A DNA stretch of 49,794 bases from Protoeuglena noctilucae (Eukaryota), in contig OY253682.1 in NCBI GenBank assembly GCA_958009085.1, positions 930,001-979,794 on the forward strand, read 5' to 3'. The position numbers and the translations under genes were made by a program. The notes beneath the pieces were generated by a model. That model was not told where the DNA came from. It saw only the letters and a list, made by a program, of their open reading frames with translations, and did no database searches. Of the stretch, positions 23,922 to 34,367 are shown piece after piece; the first letter of the stretch is position 1, and each line of letters opens with the position of its first letter.

Positions 23922-24675
23922 CTACTCGCCCCCCCTCACCCCCCCCGCCCCTCCCCCCATCCTCGCGCTCACCGCCACCCACGCGCGCTCAAACGCCAAA
24001 TAAGATGCTATCTTCAACAGCACCTCCGCCCACCCCACCCGCGCCAGGTCCTCCCAGTTTAACCGATCACCCAGCGTCAGCCCCACCGCCAGCAACGTCG
24101 TGGCACTGGGGGGGAGGGTGTGGCGGTGGTGGTGGTGGTGGTACAGGTGGTGGTGGACACGACACTGGTAGTGATGCACTCGATGTGTTACTAGGTGCAA
24201 TCGATCGATACACCAGATGCACTACTGCGTGCACTTGGATACACCTTCAAGTGCAACCCAATTGCACCCGAATGCCTTTGCCACACTATGAGCCCCCCAC
24301 CGTCAAGCCCCTCACGTGAAGAAGAGTCGGTAGAGGACGGCCTTCACCGCAGACGCACCCACCGTGTCGCTGGTGACGCCCCTCTGCTCTGCCGCGCTGC
24401 AGATGCGGCCACTGAGCCCACGTCATGTATTAGGCAGGAAATTACACGCGCCCCGTGCAGTTCCGGGGCTTGGATTCCATGTCGATGCAATGCTACGCTA
24501 TGAACATGTCGCGCACTCACCGCATGCCGTCCTCGTAGCCCCTCTGGTAGTCGCTCCGATCCGATGGCGACGCGTGAAGGCGCCACCGCGGCCTGGGAGG
24601 TGCGTGGAGCGTTACCCGGACAGGGATTGGAGGCCAGGGAACAGAAATTCTACATGCCATTGCAGGCGCGGACAT
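23922..24675 (-). CDS. DUF2061-family small membrane protein with a transit-peptide-like N-terminus; 3 exons
   Basis: Exons at about 24675-24521, 24396-24316 and 24105-23922 splice in phase. The product contains DTVGASAVKAVLYRLFFTATTLLAVGLTLG..VGWAEVLLKIASYLAFERAW, resembling the DUF2061 consensus (S.VKA..WR...T; K..LYY.HER.W). Confidence 0.75.
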
Positions 24676-24729
24676 CGCGAAGGGGCCTCGACCGCGGGGC
24701 ACGCAGGCAATGCAGGGACGACGGCCGCG

Positions 24730-24935
24730 AACACCGTGGGCGTGCGATTGAGCTGCTTTGACAGAATTCAGTGGCATTAGTACCGATAGCTGTAGAGGGT
24801 TGCTTTTGTTTTGCATCTCGGCGCCCACCAGAGGCCGAAAAGTGTGCTGACGTGCCGTACTTGCGGGTCTTGCCCCTGCAAGGCGTGGCCCGCGTCCTCT
24901 GAACTCGCGCAGGCCTCTGCAGTCACAGCATTCTG
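24730..24935 (+). repeat. Dispersed direct repeat, copy 1 (~200 bp)
   Basis: Aligns by eye with 26008-26212. Shared blocks include TTGACAGAATTCAG, CATTAGTACCGATA, CTTTTGTTTTGCA, CAGAGGCCGAAAAGTG, GGGTCTTGCCCCTGCAAGGCGTG and TCACAGCATTC. Confidence 0.9.
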
Positions 24936-25471
24936 TCCAGACGCAGTCCTCCGCAACTGCAACTGCAACCACTCGGTGAGAAGTACGGCCGATCACACCT
25001 GGGACCCCAAAATGACGGACATCTTCCCCAAAATGACTTCTACTATCGTGACCTCGCAACTTTCGGTCAACGCGCAACAGTGTCGCTGTCTCTGGGATGC
25101 GACAGTTTAAATAATTGCTTAGCTGTACGTCGCTGGCCAATCGCGAGGGAGGCCGCTTCGGGCCGCGCCCGCAGGACCAGGTTCTGGGCTTGTCGGTCGC
25201 CTGGCGCGAAGAGCGGCAGAGATGGACCGCGACTCTGCTTCTGGATGACGCGCCTCGCGAAGCCCTGCGGAACAAAAGCGTTGTTGATGCACGTGGATGC
25301 TTCCGCAGCTCGAATCTCTTCGATCCTGTGCCCTCCAGGAAAGACAAGGCGCTGCGGCGCTCGTACTTACGATCCCAGCTGGAAATCATTGCACGGCTGC
25401 CAATCTTGCTCCAGATATTCGTGGGAGTGGGGGCGCTCATGGTCTTTGGCGTCCTGTCGTGTGTTACGCTT

Positions 25472-25675
25472 TACGCGCTTGGCTTCCTCCTCTTGTATAT
25501 CATGGTCACGATATTCGGACCTATCCATATAGGGACTCACTAACCCTCTCTAGATCCCAGGGTTGGAGGGGGCTACGCGCTTGGCTTCCTCCTCTTGTAT
25601 ATCATGGTCACGATATTCGGACCTATCCATATAGGGACTCACTAACCCTCTCTAGATCCCAGGGTTGGAGGGGGC
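25472..25675 (+). repeat. Perfect tandem duplication, 2 x 102 bp
   Basis: 25472-25573 is identical to 25574-25675 (TACGCGCTTGGCTTCC...CAGGGTTGGAGGGGGC). Confidence 0.95.
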
Positions 25676-26007
25676 ACCCTCAAGGAGTTTAGAGGGGGGG
25701 TCGCGGTGAATGTTCTCGCTTTGGCCAAACGTGAGGCGTGAGTGCGACGTGCGTGTGTGGTGAACGATAACTTTGAAATCCAAAGTCATCGAGTTCCCTC
25801 GGCCATCCACAGCATCACTCGGGTACCCTATAGCCCGGGGCGGGCGCTGGGGCATTGAGCCCCGGGAGGCGCATGCGGACGCCTGCGCGGCTACACGCTT
25901 TCGGAAAGTGAAGCACGCGTGGTCCGTTGTGAGCTCCATAAGCTCACGGGACGAGCGCACGAAGCTGCGGCCAGAAAAAGGGGGGGCATGCAAGCGGATC
26001 GGGGGAG

Positions 26008-26212
26008 ACACTGTGGGCGTGCGGTTGAACTGCCTTGACAGAATTCAGCGTCATTAGTACCGATATCTGCAGAGGATTCCTTTTGTTTTGCAACCCGGCG
26101 CCCAGCAGAGGCCGAAAAGTGGGGTCTTGCCCCTGCAAGGCGTGACCCGCGTTATCTGAACTCTCGAAGGCCTCCGCAAGCCGCCAGCAATCACAGCATT
26201 CAGTGCACATTC
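26008..26212 (+). repeat. Dispersed direct repeat, copy 2 (~200 bp)
   Basis: Diverged copy of 24730-24935 with substitutions and two indels. Confidence 0.9.
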
Positions 26213-26314
26213 GCAACAGCGCTCCGCCGTCGCCATCTGTGTTCTCTCCATAGCAAGCGTGGACCTTCTGCCCGTTACAGCGCGCCTTTGCGCCGGCAGT
26301 CGCGCTCATCCACC

Positions 26315-28015
26315 ATGGCGGAAGAGTCGGGTGCCGGGGATGACCGCCAGGTCTCCTGCCGCTTCGTGACGAAGCTCCCCGGCGCGTACCGCGTGCCCCC
26401 GGACGCCATCAGTGAGCCGCCGCGGCAGATTCACGGCCTGCGAAGGCGCCTGCGCGATTCCATGCTTTGTATGGATAGAATGCAGCTGCACTCTTCGCGC
26501 AGCTGCCGGAGGCAGCTCCCGCGCACTGGCAGCCTGCGGCCAGCCGTCGCTGCAGCCCCCTGCCCCCCGCCGCGGCTCGCGAGCGACGCTCTTCCTCCCC
26601 GTTTCGCCCGCAGCCGTCCCCGCGTCCGTCACCCGCCTCGGCCTGTCCCGCATCGTCAACCACCTGCTTGCGCTCGACCGCCCCCTTCCCCTCGACTTCC
26701 TCATTCACGGCGAGCTCCTCCGCGACTCCCTCGGCGCCCTCCTCAGCGAGCGCGACATCACCGCAGAGGCGACGCTGGACATCGAGTACACGCCGCTGCT
26801 GGGCCCGCCTGACGTGGAGGACGGTCCCCCACACGACGACTGGGTCTCGTGCGTGGCCGCGCTGAGGGGTGGGAGCAGCGCGTCCCCGGCGCTCGTCTCC
26901 GGCAGCTACGACGGGCAACTGCGGGTGCACGCGGCGCAGGGGAAGTCCCTGGCGTGCGTAGCTGAGGCGGAGGCACACGGGGGTCCCGTGACGTGCTGTG
27001 CGGCAGAGGGTGGCATGGTGTACTCGGGGGGCAAGGACGGGTGGGTGCGGGCGTGGCGGGTGGGGAAGGGCGGGGCGCTCGACGGCCTGGCGCGGATGGG
27101 GGGAAGGGACGGGGCACCCGCGGTGGCGGCCGTGGCAGTCGCGCCCGGGGGTGCATTCGTGGCGTCGGGGGGCTGGGACTCCGCGGTGCGTCTGTGGCGG
27201 GCGGGGGCGGCGCTGGAGGACGCGGCGGCGGAGGCGGCGGGGGGCGACGAGAAGGGCCGCAAGCGGCGGGGGGGCAGCACGCGTCCCGTGGCCACCGTGA
27301 GCGAGTGCGAGGCTACACTGGACAAGCACACGCAGTGCGTGTCGGGGCTGAGCTGGCCCGTGGCTGACACGCTCGTCAGCTGCGGGTGGGACCATGCCGT
27401 GCGGGTGTGGGACGCGGAGACGAGGGCGTGCCGCGACACGCTCGCCGCCCCTCGCGCGGCCTTCTGCGTCGCTGTGAGGGAGGGGGACGCCCGGTGCATC
27501 GCGGCCATCGGGGGGGCGGGTGAGAGGGTGGTGGTAGTTGCAGTGGCAGTGGCAGTGGCGCAGTGGCAATGGCTGCCTCACCCACCATACCCCCTCCCCC
27601 GCAGACAAGGCGTGGCGTCTCTGGGACCCCCGCGGCCGCAGTGCGGACGGCGCCGTGGTCCTCCGCGCCTTCCACAGCCACCGCGGGTGGGTGTCCGGCG
27701 TGGCGTGGAGCCCCGCCTCCGAGCACCTCCTCCTCACCACCTCCTTCGACGGGGCAGCCAAGCTGTGGGACATCCGGTGAGAGCCAGATGAAGCATGCGG
27801 GCGTGAAATGGCATGTGATTGGGCGCTTGTGTGCAGGTGTTGAGTTGCCAACTACGCGTCAAATCGCTTGCAGGGCGTCGGTGCCGCTCCACTCCGTGGA
27901 TGCCCACACGGACAAGGTGCTCTGCGCGGCGTGGATGGACACAGGCGCGGCTGCCACCGGGGGCGCCGATGGCCGCCTGGTGGTGCTGCGGGTGCCACCG
28001 CTGCTTGCCCAGTAA
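26315..28015 (+). CDS. WDR12: Ribosome biogenesis protein WDR12/YTM1 (NLE ubiquitin-like domain + WD40); 4 exons
   Basis: QVSCRFVTKLP, VPASVTRLGLSRIVNHLLAL..PLDFLIHGELLRDSL, TLDIEY, PHDDWVSCV, SHRGWVSGVAWSP, SFDGAAKLWDIR and AHTDKVLC. Confidence 0.93.
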
Positions 28016-28127
28016 CCCGCCACAGTCGCGGGCAGCTGCGTGCCAAGTGCGCGCTCGGCAACCTCGTCATTAAATCATCCATGCTTCAAAACTTAAAATA
28101 ACATGAAAGGTCCCCGTGTCTTTATCA

Positions 28128-29009
28128 TCAAGCTTGCACGACCCCAAGGTGCGGCTCGTTGACGGTGGCCACGGCCCGGCACGCCCACTGGTAGTTGAGC
28201 ACACTGTACTGGATCTCCGTCAGCCGGCACCGCACCCGCGTGTCGGCGCGGATGGTCACGTCGCCGTCGGGGGACACCCACCCCTGCGCCTCCTCCACAT
28301 ACTGCGAGGGTGAAGATGGAAGGATGCAAGTGAGGCATATAATAACGACAGCAGATACCATTGCATCAAATTCACGACCAACAAGGCACCGTCTCCCCAG
28401 CATCCACTGCGTCTTGCCTTGTACCCCAGGGGCAGTAGCTTGAGTGGCAGCACCACCTCCAGCGGCCCACACCGCGCAATGACGGCCAGGTTCGTGGCGG
28501 TGGTCACAAACACGTCCACCACCTCGCCCTGCACCGGCCTCTGGATGATGCAGCTGAACTTGACCGTGAACCTCGCCGACGCTGTCTGCTCCAGGATCTC
28601 CCCTTTGGAAATGTCCGACAGCTTCCATATCAACAGCACAAACCCATTCTTGCCCAGCACGCGACCCTCCACGCGATCTCTGCAGTGCGGAACGGGGCGG
28701 CGAACTGTTCTCAAGCCCTGCTCGGACGGAGCAGCGCGCGGACGCTCCGCCAGGGGCGGCAGCATTGCGTGCACAACCCGCCTGCAGCCTCACCGCAAGT
28801 GCCGCTCGATGTGCTGCTGCAGCTTGGGCCCAAAGAAGTGCGGCGCCAACTCCACCACCTCCTCCATCTCCTGATAGGGCGGGAAGGCCACGGGCACCGT
28901 CTAGCAGGGCTCTTCCCGTCGCGCGGCGTGAACTCGAGCCCATATGGCCCAGCGCGGCCCCAGCCGTAGCCAGCCGGGTGCATGGGCGCACCTGCACAAA
29001 GTAAAACAT
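28128..29009 (-). CDS. RPB7: RNA polymerase subunit of the RPB7 family (divergent); 4 exons
   Basis: Spliced product MFYFVQEMEEVVELAPHFFGPKL..VEGRVLGKNGFV..RPVQGEVVDVFVT..CGPLEV..NEPHLGVVQA, about 175 aa with the SHS2 + S1 layout. Confidence 0.8.
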   Translation of the reverse strand: MFYFVQVRPCTRLATAGAALGHMGSSSRRATGRALLDGARGLPALSGDGGGGGVGAALLWAQAAAAHRAALAVRLQAGCARNAAAPGGASARCSVRAGLENSSPPRSALQRSRGGSRAGQEWVCAVDMEAVGHFQRGDPGADSVGEVHGQVQLHHPEAGAGRGGGRVCDHRHEPGRHCAVWAAGGGAATQATAPGVQGKTQWMLGRRCLVGREFDAMVSAVVIICLTCILPSSPSQYVEEAQGWVSPDGDVTIRADTRVRCRLTEIQYSVLNYQWACRAVATVNEPHLGVVQA

Positions 29010-29315
29010 GATTGGCAACCCCCGATCCCCCTCCGTCCCCCCTCGGGGCCGCCTTCGGGCCCCACGCGCGACGGCGCCTTTGCTCGCTGAATTTACCGAG
29101 GGCTGGAACGATGGGAGCGATGCCGATGCGATGGGCGCGAAGGTAGGCGTCGATTGCACGCAGGCACGGCCGATTCGGCGCAAAGTCGGGGCTGGAAAAT
29201 GCCAGGGCGATTGTGTCAGTGGAATGCGTCGGGAAAGCGACGCCCCCGCGCCTCGCCGTTGGCCAGGTCCTCGCTCGCCACCACTGTGCCAGGAGCGGGA
29301 CACCAGGATTTCGCC

Positions 29316-31238
29316 ATGTCTTCCGCGCTGCTCCATTCCGTCGGGCTGCCCCGCGTTGCGACCAACAAGGCCGTGAGGCCCACGCCGAGACTTGCTGCTG
29401 CTCCTGTCTGCGCTAGATACCCGACTCGAGTCGTCAGGCGGATTGCCATGGCTGCTGCGGCGTCCAATTGTGAGCTGAAAGGGGCCTTTGGGGTTTTCGC
29501 CTCGCGGAGGCCTCCCTTAGATGGAGCGGCTGGTCGCCTACGCGAAAACGCTTGTTGTTCATTTGCTGCTGTGTCTCTTCGCTCGCATCCTCCCCCCTCG
29601 CGGCCAAGTCAGGTCCCGGTTTGGCCAGCCCTAGCCACTCCGCGCGGCCCTGCCTCCTGCCCGGGGCGTGACCGCTGTCCCTCCTCTCCGTTTCGTCGAT
29701 TAGACTCTAGGTCGACATCGAGCAGCTGCCCGGCGCGCCGATGGGGGAGCGCCGCTCTGTTGGAGATCACGAGCTCCGCGCCCATCGAACCGCCCGCCCG
29801 CCCCGCTTCGCGCCCACCGCAGTGTCCCCGATCACGGAGGACGAGAAGGCCGATCTCATCCGGAAGACCAAGTGCTTTATCTTCGACTGCGATGGCGTCA
29901 TTTGGAGGTGCGAAGGGCACGCGCGCTTGCGTCCCTCTGCTCGACGTGCTGCGCCGGCCCTCCGGACGCTGACCCCGACAGTCCTGTTGATTGGTTCGCA
30001 ACGAGGTGCTTTTGCTCGCTGCAGGGGTGACACGGTGATCGAGGGGGTGCCGGAGACGCTGGCGATGCTGCGGCAGATGGGCAAGAAGCTCTTCTTCGTG
30101 ACCAACAACTCGACCAAGTCGCGGAAGGGGTATTTAAAGAAGTTCACCTCGCTGGGACTGGACGTGAAGGCGGAGGTGCGGTGCTGAGCAGGCGGCCTGC
30201 GCATGTCGCCACGACCTGGCTGAGCCAGCACATTGCACCGCCGCCCCTTGCCCACTTCACTCCCATTCGTCGCTACAGGAGATCTACTCGTCGTCGTATG
30301 CCGCGGCCGCGTACCTGGAGAGCATCGACTTCCCCAAGGACAAGAAGGTCTACGTGGTGGGCGATGTGGGCATCCAGGAGGAGCTGGACCTGCTGGGGTT
30401 CCAGCACATCGGGGGGCCGGCAGGTGAGTGGGACTTGAATCGCAGCTTTATGAGCGGGATGCATATGCAACTGGGCAGAACGCGAACAGCTACCTGTTGC
30501 ACGCTCCCGCAGATGCGGGCAAGGTGGTAGAGCTGGTGCCGGGGTACGCCCTGCCGCACGACTCGGACGTCAAGGCGGTCGTGGTGGGATTCGACCGGCA
30601 CATCAACTACTACAAGATCCAGTACGCCACCCTGTGCATCCGGTGAGCCCGGCGTTCTCTGGGGACCGACAGCGCGGCGCTTGTGCTGCCTGCGAGGGGG
30701 AGCGTGACGCGCTGCATTGCTATCTTACGCAGGGAGAACGAGGGTTGCATGTTCATCGGGACCAACCCCGACGCGGTGACGCACCTGACGGACGCGCAGG
30801 AGTGGGCGGGGAACGGGTCGATGGTGGGGGCCATCCGGGGGTCCACGAATCGGGAGCCCATCATCGTGGGGAAGCCCAATGGGTTTATGCTCGAGAACAT
30901 CGCCAAGAAGGTGCGCAGGGATGCAAGGGGATGCATGGGGGGGGGGGGGACAACACACCAATGCAACCCTTAGAGGAGAGACCTCACGCTTGCGCCAACA
31001 ACAGCCTGTCCTGTGTCTGTCTCCGCAGCTGGGCATCTCCAAGTCGGAGATCTGCATGGTCGGGGACCGCCTGGACACGGACGTGCTCTTTGGCAAGGAG
31101 AACGGCACGCAGGCGATGCTGGTGCTGACGGGGGTGACGTCGGAGGAGGAGCTCAAAAGCGAGGCCAACAAGATCGTCCCGGACTTTTACAGCACGAAGC
31201 TGGCAGACCTGCTCAGCGCCGCCAACGTCGCGGCCTAG
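29316..31238 (+). CDS. PGLP1: Phosphoglycolate phosphatase (HAD IIA), plastid-targeted; 7 exons
   Basis: Ala/Arg-rich transit peptide, CFIFDCDGVIWRG, FVTNNSTKSRKGY, AVVVGFDRHINYYKIQYA, HLTDAQEWAGNGSMVGA, VGKP and MVGDRLDTDVLFG. Confidence 0.96.
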
Positions 31239-31525
31239 ATAGCCCCCGTACACTCCCACTCATTGAAACGTGCTCCGGCGCGGATTGTCAGGGTCAGAAA
31301 GCAGCAGGCAGCAGAGAGAAGGGCGCAAGCGACGGCCTGCCATCTGCAGTGCTGTCGTCTGAAGCTGTCAAGCCATCGTGTCGTGATAACCAGGCTTCCA
31401 GGTTGTAACTGCCCTTGCCCACGAGCCTGCGCGTGCTGCCGCGCTGTCCAGCTGGTTTGCGTTTACCGGCTCTGCTTTGCAAGCCAGAAGAGCGTTCACT
31501 CGTCGGTCCTGCGTTGCGGGACGGC

Positions 31526-32808
31526 ATGGCCGCGGTTGCAGCGCTGCCGAGATCTCGGCCCGGCTGCGGCGAGCAGGCCTGGCGTCGGCCGCCCGCGAGC
31601 TTCGTCCGAGTATGGAGGCGTCAGGGCACGCGCATGGTCTGCGCGGCCGGCAGGTCGACGAGCGAGGCGCCCGCTGAGGTCACCTACCGCGACAGGCCCT
31701 GGGACCACGCGCTCATCCGCCTGCTGAACAGGTGCGCTGCAGGCGGCCTTCAATAAGCATGCGCGTGGCTCAGGCAGGGCTCCCGGGACGATCTCCAGGG
31801 CCTCGCGTGGGCTTCCGTTCGACGCTGGCCAAGAACTTCCAACGGCCGGCCGAGATATCTCGCCTCCCCCCCTCGCAGTGGCATGTCGAAGGTGCAGGGA
31901 GGCCTGAAGCCGTCGCGGTCGATGTGGGAGTACGCCGCGTTCATCGAGCTGAGCCAGGCGCTCAAGCGCGGGCGTTCGGCAGGTGCGGCCCCCCAGCGCT
32001 GCGATCCGGCGCCTCCCTCCGTGCATCACACGCATTTCTTCCCCTGCATATCCTGCCGCGCTCTCATCTCGCGCTCGCCTCCCCCCCGCGCAGAGGAGCA
32101 GCAGGTGGCGGGGCTGGCGGTGCTGCAGAGCCTCGTGCCCGGGCCGCTTCGGGTCGCATTCCGCTGGATCCACGGCGTCGACGCGAGGGCCGCGAGCATC
32201 TTCGCGGCGTGGGGCAGCTCCATCGCCAGCGGCTTCCTCGTCGGGCCCAGGTGCAGCCCACATAGCAAAGTGCGCTTGGGTCGCGCACGTTGCCTGCGTC
32301 CACTAGCCAAGCAGGCCATCCACTCCGGACGCCACCCGTGCGCGAGCCACTCACAAGCGCCCCGTCATGCTCCCCCCAGCCGCGTGGAGGAGGGCGAGGT
32401 GGAGACGCGGGAGGGCCCCGTGGCCGCCCCCGTGGTGGTGAAGATTGAGGAGTGCCGATTCCTGGCAGAGTCGGGCAACTGCGTCGGGATGTGCGTCAAC
32501 CTGTGCAAGGTCCCCGCGCAGCGATTCTTCACGGGTGAGACGGGACACAGCTGAGAGTTGGTAGTGACGTGGGAGCAGAGGCGCGCAGGGTGGCACATGA
32601 CATGCCGTTCCGCACCCATATTCCCGCAGAGGACGTCGGGTTCCCGATGTCCATGGAGCCCAACTTCGAGGACGGGTCGTGCAAGATGGTGTGGGGCAAG
32701 GCGCCCGCCCCGCTCGACCAGGACCCCGCGCTTCGGGAGCCGTGCCGGTTCGCGGCCTGCCGCATGTACAACACCAGCGGGGACCCCTGCGAGGCGCGGC
32801 CCTCCTAA
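31526..32808 (+). CDS. D27-like beta-carotene isomerase (DUF4033), plastid-targeted; 5 exons
   Basis: TYRDRPWD, GFLVGP, VKIEECRFLAESGNCVGMCVNLCKVPAQRFF and GFPMSMEPNFEDGSCKMVWGKAP..DQDPALREPC. Confidence 0.92.
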
Positions 32809-32987
32809 GCACACGCGACGTTTGTTCCCTATGCTAGCCGCCTCTACGCACACGCGATGGTTTTCCCCTAAGCCGGCCGGACCCCGCTTGAACTGCTGCA
32901 ATCACGCTCCTTACGTCGCAAGTCGCCCATACAACATGTGGTTCGGACACGTGGACTGCCCCCGCACGTCGCTGCCCAACCCCCACG

Positions 32988-34134
32988 TCACTGCCCACCC
33001 CCCACGCCCTCCTCCTTGGTCAGCACGAACAGCGTCCCCTTGTTCCCCCGCGACAGCCGCAGCGTCACCCCGTCATCGTTAGCTGTCCCCAAATAGGTGA
33101 CGTCCACGAACCCCTTGGCCTCGTCTCCCAGCAGGCGGAAGGGCACCGGGTAAGGAATTTTGAAGGGCAGACCGCGGAATTCGAACGCGGCCCGTAAGAA
33201 CTGGAAGTCAATGCGGATGCCGCGGCGGGAGGGGGGGTACGTGGTCGACTTCCCGAACAGGGGCAGGCCGAGGATGAGGCCGTCGCCCTGACTGCGGGGA
33301 GAGGGGGAATGGGCACTCTGCCGCAAGCGTCTCACCGGGTGATATGCCTGAGTCAACAGCCGATGATCGCCACGCCATGTTGGCATGGAGGAGCGCCGAG
33401 CACTGCCAGCAATGCCCCTGCGCCCTCTGAGCACCCACACTCGGTCACTCACCGTGGCACGAAGCCTGGGATCGGCCGATGCTCGGTGGAGGCGTCGGCC
33501 TCGACGCGCAGCTCCCCCAGTCCGCCCAGCTCCACCACGTTGACCACTGTGGCTGGCTTGTCCATGTCCTGCAGGGCGATGTCCTGGAAGATGCGGAAGC
33601 TCTCTACGCCCGTGAAAGTGCGCTGGATGGGGCTGGCGGACGAGGGGCTGGTCGTGTACAGCAGACGCCAGCGGCCGTCCAGGAGCGCGGCACTCGTGGG
33701 ATCCGGTACCCCTGCGCGGGCGAAGCGGAGGTCGGATGAAGGCGTGCGGGCCATCAGGCAGCCACACATCCCAGCACCGATCCGCGTGAGGCCCCCTTGC
33801 CTCCGTTCGCCTCCAGCACGTCCACCGCCCGCATCAGCGACTCGACCTGCGCTCCACTCACGCCTTCCTGCAATCGATCGGGCGCCAGGGACGTCGCGTA
33901 TATCGGAACGGGGCCAGCAGAGACGCTACTTACAGCACAAGGGTCCTCGCTCACCCGCCCGCGCCCCTTTGCTCCAAGGACAGTCTCCAACACGACGCTG
34001 GTTGCCTTCTCCACCGACAGGCCCGATCGAGCCCGCGCAGCGACCTCCCGGGCGCGCGCGCGGTGGCCACGCACGACGCCTTCCGGGGCCACCAACGATC
34101 GAGCCCGCGCAGCGAGCCTCGGCGCACTTGCCAT
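32988..34134 (-). CDS. PAP/fibrillin family plastid-lipid-associated protein; 4 exons
   Basis: Transit peptide, AVDVLEANGGVPDPT..LLDGRWRLLYTT..SASPIQRTFTG, IPYPVPFRLLGDEAKGFVDVTYL and LRLSRGNKGTLFVL. Confidence 0.92.
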
Positions 34135-34367
34135 GGCCAGGCTGATCCTGCTACCGTGACCGCATCGCGGGGAGCATCCGGGCTCCGCAAAAGCGGCGGC
34201 GGTTGACGGGCACAGCGCCGACCGCATTGTGCCGCGTTTGTGGTCCCACTGCCGTCCCTCTGTCGATGCGCGCTGAGAATGTGCGCCTCTCGTCACTGTC
34301 TATCTCAGGTAGTCGCCGCTAGGTCCGTCGCACTGGCATGGTTCAAGAACGGGCGCCGCCCGCCAGT

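Noticed and set aside
25520..25556. Helitron-like 3' end (hairpin followed by CTAG)
   Set aside because: The hairpin has only a 5-bp AT-rich stem, CTAG is not followed by T, and no 5' TC end or Rep/Hel sequence is evident.
34024..34115. 20-bp direct repeat with 72-bp spacing in the fibrillin N-terminus
   Set aside because: A small in-frame duplication (AARARS twice) in a poorly constrained transit-peptide region, which is ordinary.
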